Positions 11,801 to 21,600 of a DNA stretch of 64,000 bases are shown in pieces. The notes under the pieces were generated by a model. It ran no database searches. It was not told the DNA's origin and saw nothing but the letters and a program-made list of their open reading frames with translations. The stretch's first letter is position 1. Each line of letters starts with the position of its first letter. Location: NCBI RefSeq assembly GCF_964204865.1, contig NC_135253.1, positions 14,198,001-14,262,000 of the forward strand, read 5' to 3'. A program made the position numbers and the translations under genes. Source of the DNA: Styela clava (Eukaryota).

Positions 11801-14498
11801 TACTCATTTCAGTCAGATATTTTTGCTATTTAAAATTAGCATATGCCTATTGTTATAATATTCTTACATCCGCTGCCAGATTCCATAGTTGTACTATAAC
11901 ATTTTGTCCATTTGTTATAGGTATGGTGATACCAGATAGAATGACATCAAACGCCACTACAAAATCATAGCCCACTGCCACAAAATCCGCTGAATAACTC
12001 TCAACATTTTTGTTATCAACAAAAGCATGGTGGAGGATATCGATTGGACCTTTTTGTTCTGAAATGTAAGAATAAGTAGAAATGAACATAAGCAAGTCTC
12101 AACACGGTAATAACTTCCTACTCTGTAGCAAGTGCACATTACAGCATAAAGTTAAGAGAACAAATTTGACGCAGCTATATTTTTTCGTCAGTAGTCACTC
12201 AAGTTACCGTACACATTTTTAATGGTGTATTAGTATGCATGTATATTTTGTTCAATTTGCATCACACAATTTTGGCTTTTATGGATGGATGGACTACTAA
12301 CTATTTTCATTACATTGCTACACATTTGACTGATAAACAATGTGCTCACCTGGTAGACTTTTTCTTGCTTCTTCACAGGTATAAGCATCATTTCTGTATT
12401 CAACTGGAATATTACAATCCTGGTTTGCCAATATAAATTTCACAAATATGCTGTGTATAAAATAGTATAAAAATAATAAAATAACATACAGAAACAACTA
12501 CGAATGTTAGAAAACATCAAATCTAATGCGATAAATGGTCCATCTCAAATGGCATAACAAGAAGAAAGAAAGATTCTGGCCAAGCAATGTGTATGTCTAG
12601 TGAATCAAAACAGAACATTGCTTTCAAACATTGAATTTGTCCATGGTTGTAAGTACAAAATCGAAACGAAACTACACACAGATATTGTTGCTGTTACTGC
12701 ATATGAAAAGTTTGTAACTATACTCAGTGAAACTGTACTGGAACATATAACATGTGCAATAATATAGTAAAGATGCTTCGAACTCTGACCCCAAACAATT
12801 GCAGGGAGTAACAATAATTTACCACAATTAGCAAAAAGTAGTGCTTGACATATCTTCTTAGCATTGAATACAATTTGTTTAGATGTTGAAAAAAGTAAAA
12901 CTGATGGTAATTTTGGCATCAAAATAACAAGAAGTTTTTGAATAACATAACATAAGAATAACACAATGAATATAAATAAGCTTAGTTCAAGTCCTGATAC
13001 AGTAGTCATGACGTAAAGTTGTAGTTGAGTTGCTGCATGGAATACAACATCTTCAGAATTTGTACTGTTTCTATCATCAATGGTTGCGCTGGGTGCATTT
13101 TTTGATATCCACTTCATATAGCCATCACAAAACAAGCACAAAAAAGCCAATTTCCAGTGTTCATTACCAGTGTCTCGATTACACAATATGTGACGAATGG
13201 CTGCAAGTCGCAGAAGAATTAAATCCAAGAATACGAGAGTGATGTCAAATTCAATATATTTGTCAACAACTTGCTTGCACTTTGTACAATGTTCTATCTT
13301 AAGGATCCCAGTATTAGGGAATGTGGAATACAAATCTTTGCATTGTTCACCGCATTCAATACATGTGAACATATCAAATTAACTGTACAACCTAAAACAA
13401 CAAAATATGTATAAAATATATAACACTCACTCATTGAAAAGCTCTGTATTGCTGACAATGGAGAGCCAAGTTGAACGAATAGTATCTCGCTGAACAAAAT
13501 TTTCCCTGGCAGACAAGATTCCAATTGCCAATTTATACTTGTGCAATTTTGACCATTTCAATGCTGAAATTAGATATATTTTCATAAGCATTTCATCAAA
13601 ACACTTTTAATTATCAGGGTTGGCAACAAGTACACATCTGCAACTTCAGTTGCTGAATTACGCATATTCGAATCTTGTCTGCCAGCTGCTGATCTGGATG
13701 ATCATGTGCAACACAGCAGCAGAGCATTGCATCAGGCAGTCAGGGTTAGCTTCTCCCCACCCATTTACAGATTTATGCATTCAGGGAATTTTGACTGCCT
13801 CATATCTGCAGTATCTGATTGCTGGATTGAGGTATATGGTAAGTTTCGGTGCCTGTATTCAAGTATTTCAGTATTGACAAATTGTACACATGAATAACTT
13901 GTACTGTAGGCCTGTTTCAGTACTGTAGTTGGATAGAATTTTACATATATATTTCTGGCGGTGAGGAGAGCCGATTAGACGCCTTAATCATATGGCGAAC
14001 CACAGCCTCTCAGGGTCACATGTAGTTTCGTACCTAACATACTTCTAGTGGGCGTAGCATAACAATTTTTTCATGTGTCAATCCTAACCCCCAGTCCCCC
14101 ACCAGACTATACCATCCAAAAATTATGTCACTAGTGATGTAATAAAGCCCTTCAAACTATACGAACTGTCATCCAAGATGCGCAGTTGAGTACCCAAAAT
14201 CGAACAGCTATTTCTCTAGTTTTGTTGTCGCGATGATCCCAGCGGACAGCGGTTACGTAAACCACCCATAGTAATAAAGCCCTGTCTCACCTTTTGAGAC
14301 ATATCGGTACTTACATAATTATAACAGTTTAATATACACAGAAAATTTAATATGCATAACACCCTAGCAGGGTACCGGAATGCTGGTATGCTTTTTACCT
14401 ATATTTTTCTAGAAATTGGACTGACCTGGTCGTATGAAAATAGACAATATCGCAGTAGAAACGATGAAGACAAACAGAGCTGCATTTGAAGATCTCAT
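8823..14498 (-). CDS. B3GALNT2: UDP-GalNAc:beta-1,3-N-acetylgalactosaminyltransferase 2 (GT31), 9 coding exons: 14498-14426, 13563-13431, 12450-12350, 12058-11868, 11435-11241, 10750-10648, 10268-9988, 9701-9429, 8951-8823
   Basis: GT-AG junctions are phase-compatible. The N-terminal signal anchor MRSSNAALFVFIVSTAILSIF is followed by IGILSARENFVQRDTIRSTW, IFVKFILANQDCNIPVEYRNDAYTC, LLPKGFLG, KTDDD, YPAYACGAG, QGEDVSMGIW and C-terminal WLC...CGNPCEC, which follow the motif order of vertebrate B3GALNT2. Confidence 0.93.
12605..13372 (-). CDS. ARV1: Protein ARV1 (ER membrane protein; sterol/sphingolipid homeostasis and GPI-anchor biosynthesis), intronless, nested in B3GALNT2 intron 2
   Basis: Intact 255-aa ORF. 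It has an N-terminal Arv1 homology domain (CxxC...CxxC, DKYIEFD, DLIL...AIRHILCN), then LCDGYMKW and several hydrophobic segments. Confidence 0.93.
   Translation of the reverse strand: MFTCIECGEQCKDLYSTFPNTGILKIEHCTKCKQVVDKYIEFDITLVFLDLILLRLAAIRHILCNRDTGNEHWKLAFLCLFCDGYMKWISKNAPSATIDDRNSTNSEDVVFHAATQLQLYVMTTVSGLELSLFIFIVLFLCYVIQKLLVILMPKLPSVLLFSTSKQIVFNAKKICQALLFANCGKLLLLPAIVWGQSSKHLYYIIAHVICSSTVSLSIVTNFSYAVTATISVCSFVSILYLQPWTNSMFESNVLF
13931..14011 (-). mobile_element. 3' fragment of the tRNA-derived SINE family
   Basis: Reverse complement of the SINE tail at about 14900-14983 (gaggc..tggttcgccatatg..taag.cgtct.atcggct..cctc..atatgtaaa..ctatcc). Confidence 0.75.
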
Positions 14499-14640
14499 AA
14501 ATTTGTAAATATAAACTAGTCTGGCACTGCATGAATACCGGTACCGGTACCTGTGTGATACGGTAATAAGTTTACTTATGATGCGCTGATGCTGAGCCTG
14601 AGGTATATGGTCACTTTGCACTTTGCTGAGGTACGAATGC

Positions 14641-14983
14641 GGCGCGGCGGTGTGGCTCAACGGGCTAAGCGTTAGGAATACGCTCGCCACCGCACCTCTA
14701 ATTACTCTGCGTGGGTTCGCAGGTTCGAATCCCATGCAGGGATGGTTATGTGCGAGAGGATTGCTGGACTCCTCGCCGTCGTTGGGTGGTTCACGTAACC
14801 GCTGGTCGGTTACGGCTTCCTCCACCACCAAGTCCATGCTTCCGAAAAACAAACAACACAGTAAAAACTAATCCCATACCCGACTTGGAATGGTAACCGG
14901 ACGAGAGGCCGTGGTTCGCCATATGGATAAGCCGTCTTATCGGCTTTCCTCTCCCCCGGGATAAATATGTAAATCCTATCCTA
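14641..14983 (+). mobile_element. Apparently full-length tRNA-derived SINE (about 340 bp)
   Basis: Pol III A box TGGCTCAACGGG (14653) and B box GGTTCGAATCC (14722), followed by a non-tRNA body and an (atcct)n tail. Related copies or fragments lie at about 10450-10520, 13931-14011, 29956-30378, 53935-53990 and 61495-61740. Confidence 0.88.
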
Positions 14984-15542
14984 AAGTAAATTTAATTTAT
15001 GCACCAAACGGGTCAAAGGTTGAAAAATAGCTCGAAACTAGAGGGGCAGTTGATAGCTGGACCGAATTATACAATACCATATAAGCGTAAATATAGGTAT
15101 ACTACTACGATATAGGTATATTGAATCAGGTACCACCCAACAAAGATCTGGTGCAATTGTGTTCATGTGTAATCGTGTAGACGAAAAGTGATGTTTTATT
15201 GATAAATAAATAAAAACTGAAAAAAAAAGATCTGGATTATTTCCATATCCGACCTCGATTTGGTAGCCATGCAACAGATCGTGTTGCCTTTGTCATAGGT
15301 CTAAAACGCTTTTTCGATGTTCATTATGGAGAAACGCCAGTGTGGTATATTCTCATTGCTCGGCATAATCAGTACGCTGAATATCACACGCGCGTAACTC
15401 ATCTTGGCCAATATAGAAGGTGTCATACCACTCAAAGAAACAATTAGCAGGAGTTTTAGCTTCTCACGAATATACCGTTAGTCTGCCCGATATAAAAATG
15501 TACAACCTCTACTAAAGCGGGGTGCATCGCTACTGTTGGCCC

Positions 15543-15565
15543 ACTACACTACCCGCAGTCCCGCG
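15543..15565 (+). promoter_or_regulatory. Possible ZNF143/Staf-type motif in the divergent B3GALNT2-MLH3 promoter
   Basis: ACTACACTACCCGCAGTCCCGCG resembles the ACTACAnnTCCCAnnATGCnnCGCG consensus and lies 72 bp upstream of the MLH3 ATG. The match was made by eye only. Confidence 0.35.
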
Positions 15566-15636
15566 TGGCTGTAGAAATTACGAGGTTGGTGTCGTCACAA
15601 TGTGCTGGATACGTTTACAATAGACAGAATTTTGAA

Positions 15637-18600
15637 ATGGCTACTTTATCGACTTTGCTTTCTTCTGTTTCATCCGGCATCCGAAGTGGAATCGCCGCTC
15701 CAAATCTTGGGCAATGTATCGAAGAATTGGTGGTGAACAGCTTGGATGCCTATGCTACCGATATATCTGTGGAATATGATTCTGTTCGTCTTGATTTCAA
15801 AGTTACTGACAACGGTCATGGATTCTCTGAAGACAACTTGAGGAAAGCAGGTAGTAGCCTATAACGTTAAACCTGTTTGCTTTTTATTTTATTGACTTGA
15901 TCTCACGTTTGGTCAATTTAGTTCACGTTTCAGTTCGGAGCATGGAAACCATCCGTTTTGAATTCGAGGACATTAATTTTATGAATAATATTAATAATCA
16001 AAACATGAAGCCCCATTAAAACGTTCGAATTGAATGACTGGAGTATTAGTCTACGTATGTTTACAAGTTGACGTATTTTGCGATGAAAACTTAGTCGCGA
16101 ACCACCAATTATATAAACGAACTCCATGCTTTTGTGCTTTTTAAACCGTTCCCTTAAACGCTTAGTCTACCACGGACAGTCCCACTCCCATTTCTGACAA
16201 CTAACATTTGAAGTGATGCTGGCACAGTAACAACTGACATTGCTATACTGTAAATGCCTGGATTAAATCAACTACGTTAATGTAGTTGAATATATTTTGC
16301 AGGAATTCGTTATTCCACAAGCAAGTGCTCCACCAAAATCGATATTGATGAAAATCTACATTTCTACGGATTTCGAGGGGAGGCGCTCGCTAGTATAGCG
16401 TACCTTTCAAATATAGTGGAGATCACCAGTAGAGAGAGCGGCGCAAATAAAAAGTTTTACAAAATTGTTGAACAGGGGAAGAATCAAGAAATAAGAGTAT
16501 TGCCATGTGATATTGGCTATGCGAACGAAACTAGCGTTGCAGTGAAAGGACTTTATAAAGATTTGCCAGTCAGGAGGTAAACAGATTAGAGGAAGTATCC
16601 ACAGTAGCATTTTTAGGTATCTTTCATGAAGTAAGATTTTTATTTCGTCATCAATGCGCTCTTAACATCAAATTGTAGTTTTTTTGTTACGAAATGAAAA
16701 ATTTCGATAACAATAAATATTAATTTTGAATATTAAATATCATTTCTTTAGATATGGGCTGAATGTGGAGTTGGAATCAGAAGCTATCAGTGAGAGAATA
16801 AAAAGAATTTCAATAACACATCCTTCAACTTCTTTTGTGCTGATAAACACTTCAAAACCAGGATTCGATTTCCGAGTCCCAAAACACAAATCCTGTCTGT
16901 CAAGGTTAGTAATCCGTACCAGTCCTACATAGAAGAACTAAATACAGTTTGCCTGATTTTAATCTGTACGTTCTTATTTAGATTTCAGTTTGTGTTCGGC
17001 CATATACCACCTATTAATTTTATGAATGAAATTTCGTCTCACGAGCCGGAATACCAAATTTCGGGCGCGATTAGCCGGCATGGTTTTGATAATAAAAACC
17101 TACAGTTTGTCTTTGTAAACAGAAGACCTGTTTTAAAGGTAAAGAACATTTTACAAACAAATTAATTGCTGATTACAGATATCATTTTGCAAATGTTTCA
17201 TTTTTTCAGACTAGGATTCATAAGGAAATAAGTGAAATATTGAAAAAATCTGATATAGGCAATCGAAAAGAAGTATCTACGGAAGTACAGAGGAATAATA
17301 TACAAAAGATGAGGAATTCGGATTATCCTGTTAAAATTATTACCAAAAGAACATATGGGATTTATTTTATCAATATTATGTGAGCATATTCATTTATTTT
17401 CTAATTACGAAAATGAAAAAAAAAATTATTCAACACTTGATCGTCTGTTTGTGTACGATTGTACCCGAAAGATTCAGTAATAATCCAAGACGCTCTGCAC
17501 AAAGTTATGTTTCCTCTAGGTCTAGCTAGGATATGTTCTAAAATCTAAATGACTTGAGTTTTTATTTAGGTCACCCTAAAAATTGCGAATACATTTTCAC
17601 AAATATATTATATACTAAATATATTTTTGAAGGTGCTCCCACAGAAAATATGACATTTCGTTCGAGCCAGAGAAAACCATGATCGAATTTAAAAACTGGA
17701 ACCAAGTGCTTGCAGTCGCACTATCCACAATCATGCGATTTTTGAATGAAAATAATCTTTTACTTGCACCGCGAAAAGTAGATAAAGAAGAAGATTGCCA
17801 GAACAGAAAATTGGTAACAATATTATATATATATATGAAAATTCTGCTAATTTTACACCATCTTTTTTAAGTAATTAAGGTAAATTTTCCAGGATGGATC
17901 GTTGAAATTACCGACTGCCGGAGATATATTACCCCACGATGCCGCAGTTTTCAGCAAAATGGCTCAAAATAAGAATACAATCTCCTCTGCTTCTACCTCC
18001 AAGTTCTCTGTGGTTAATAGGAGTAGTAAGCTATCAGACATCAGCAATTCGATTTTTAGTGATCAAAAAAGCTCACATGCTATAGAGAACAAATTAGTCA
18101 GTTCCATTATCACGAACCCCGAAGGTGTGTCGATGAAGACATTGAAATCAAATTGGATTTCTAAATACAATGCGAAACTTGGAAGAAATGTTTACATAAA
18201 TGTTACAACGGGAATGTCGACAGAAAATGATCCCAAACTTACAGGTAAAACGCTAAAAATTTTAATACTTGTGTGAATTTTGATATTTGTTTACTATCGT
18301 TTTAATGCTTGCTGTCAATATCAGAAAATGCAGTATCTTGAGTTTTCATGATGTAAGGTGAAAATTAAATTTTTTATATGGAAAACAGCGAATTTATTGT
18401 ATTCTTCAACTATAATTCTGTGCGTAAAATATCATAATCAAAAATTTGCTTGTCAGATGCTCCAGAGATTACTTCCATTGGATTGGAATACGAGTTCAAA
18501 AATTGTGAACGGGAATTTGCACCCATTCCGAAGGAAGAACGCCCGAAGTTCGGTTGTCATTACAGGTAATAATTTATTTTGCTTAATTGTGTATATTTCA

Positions 18601-21600
18601 TATTTTACTATAAATTAATAAGTTGTCATTCAATTTACAGAAAATCGAACAAGATTGAAATAAGTCATTGGGAAAACCCAGCTATTCCTATAAAAGCAAA
18701 GGTAAGCTCGGTCCCTATAGTTGAACAACGCATGCTGATACAGCGACATTCGATATCTTGATGCTGAATCACAGTTTCTAAAATAAAAAATAATTACGCA
18801 TGGAGACTTCCTTAACACTTAAATTTCAAAAAACTCACTATAAATTACAAATTCATCATCCAAATCAGTATTTCTTAACTTGGGTTTGATTAAACCTATG
18901 TGGTTCGGTGAAGCTGTTCCAGGGGTTCGGCGAAGAAACACTTTTCGATTCCAGTATACTTCATGGAAAACTCATATCGCCACATATGTGCTTGGCGACT
19001 TGGGTGTACTTCTCTACTCATCATCTACTGAGTGATGAATGAATATTTCAGTGCAGATCTTTGCTTAAAATTATCATAATTTCTTCTGGACGACTTCATG
19101 ACGCAGAAACACCATTGTGGATCATAATGGCTAGTTCTATGCATACACCACAATGGGCATTTATATAAAATTGCAATAATCGTCTTCTTCTTTATAAAGT
19201 TCAAATTGCGATATTTTAATCGTTCAATACGAATCGTAATATACGACGGATTTCGATGTGAGCTTGCAGAATAGCGCAGGTGTTCGACATGCTCGCGAAG
19301 GTTAAGAACCACTGATCTAAATCGACTTGTTTCGCTTGTCAATCAGCATGATATCGGTGTATAGTTTGGCAATCAGCACAATTAACTAACCTTTTTGTCC
19401 CTACAGTTAACTATCGTTCTTACCACACACGATTATACAAATTATTGTACAGAACTCACTTCAATTATAGTTCTTATTAGATTTCAGATCATCTTGACAA
19501 ACGTACATTTTCATCTTTATTCTCATCATCTGATATTTCCATGAAATTTGATAAAGATATATTTCAAAGACTACAAGTAATTTTTATATATTCATTAGAT
19601 GAATTTCATTGTTGAAAGTAAGTAAACTTGCAATACCCAGATTCGGAACAAAGTCGTGTAAATTCATTTTGGCAGAGGTTTACTCAAACTACTGCCACAA
19701 GTCTGCATTCATAAGCAATAAAACACACCAGCGGTCTGCGAACGAACGTTGGCTCAAGTCAATTGATTGAAATCGAGAACAATGAGATTTCTTACCGGCC
19801 ATAAATGTTGCGCTGTTTCTTTTTAGCTGGGGATGGAATGATATATTTGTCATGCTGTCTATATAGCTGCGATGACATCATTGTCTTGCATCGACACGCG
19901 TCAAACGGCTGAAATCAAATCCTCAACATAGTAACCTCCGTTTATTACATATTACAAAATTTAGTGAAACAATTTTGGCAAGATTTTAAAATACGTATAT
20001 GACATTGTAAAAATTGCTAATCGAATATCACACTAGTATTTGAATTGCCCCTTAATATAAATATGTTGTTAGGTGACAATATTTGTATATTTTCCAGATA
20101 ATCGGACAACTTGACAATAAGTTCATTGTTACACTTTTGTCTCCTGCTAAAACAGGCACAGATGATGAGACAATTACAGATAATGAGAAAAGTACGATTG
20201 TGTTATTCGATCAGCATGCAGTACATGAAAGAATCCGTTTAGAGCGCTTAGAGAAAGGTACTGAATTTGTAACATTTTTATAAACACGATGGTCTAATGT
20301 TCACACACAAAAATATTGGAAAAATAATAAAATAAACGACGATAAGAAAGGATTAATGGAAGCAAAAACCAAATCAATCAAAATAATATAGAAGTTTAAA
20401 ATTAAAATTGGAGAACAAATGAATAAAACTTATTCAAATTTACTTATTCAACTCACATATTTAAATTTTGATTTTTCTTTAAGCTTATTAGATGAACAGT
20501 GAATAATACATTCACTGTTGTGCATGGAGATTTCATAGTAAATGAATTATTTGCATTGTTTTAATTCATTTTGTATGTGGTCGGTATGAGCCAGCATGTT
20601 GCGCCTGACATGTGGTTCCAGTATGAAATAAACTTTAAAAACGTCTAGATATACAAAGCAATGATGGCATAAAATCTGCCACACTGAAGAATGAAATATC
20701 GATACACATGAGGGAAAGCGAATGCACACTCATGGAAGCCTGGAAAAATAAATTTGCTAAAATTGGCTTACAATATCGGACAGAAGACAACAGAGACAGT
20801 AAGCATCAGTTATTAAAATTTCTACGCGGGAATTATATAGAGTGTCTCACTGACTCTACCACAAATTCAAATTCAGTCTATCTTTATTCATTTTTTTTTA
20901 TTTATATCTCTAATGCTCATATTCAATTCATTGATCTCATCTCTCAAAAAATTGAATTGAGCTTGCAGAAGAAGCGTTTAGTTGTGTTGGAATGAACTTT
21001 CAATATTCTCTGACTGGGTATGATATGTAAAACTACAATTCACTACATTCGTTATATAAGTTTGCAATTTTATGTTAGTAACAATTACCACACCATTACT
21101 TTACGATCGAGGAAGTACGAAAATACTCATTTTTACACGTGGCCGTTTGCTGTACCGAGTAAAAAGATTTACACTAAAAAACGGAGAGTACGTATAAATT
21201 TATACGCAATAGGCCCTTCTCAGCGTTTGGTATTCGTATTGGGAAATAATGAACACAAACGAGAGAAACTGATATACATCACTAGCGTTAAAATAGGGAA
21301 AAACTAAAAACTGATGTTCTGATTTTGTTCTCTTATAAAAGATAAAAAAGATATGAAACAAGAAAATATTTGATTAAAGAAACGTATCTCAAACAAACAT
21401 GTGTAAGTTATTACCAACTCGTAACAAGTATCGAAATAAAACATCATTATAGCATTTTTTTTAAAGAATATGGTGTTCATTCAATTATAGGTTTCTGAAT
21501 AAAATCTGACGTTGGCTAGTCTACCATATTTTAATACTATCATGGCAAATATACGACGGAGCATTAAATTATTATGTTTGTACTGAAACAAAATACTATT

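Noticed and set aside
13294-13524. 76-aa ORF or in-frame B3GALNT2-ARV1 fusion
   Set aside because: It is an alternative frame over exon 2. Both possible cis-joins to 13391 hit a stop or are out of frame with ARV1.
14641-14740. Possible tRNA gene
   Set aside because: A and B boxes are present, but I could not fold a convincing cloverleaf, and the sequence continues into a dispersed repeat body and tail, so it is a SINE head.
14409-14896. ORFs of 147, 82 and 61 aa
   Set aside because: They are chance frames through the GC-richer SINE. Only 14498-14426 is coding (B3GALNT2 exon 1).
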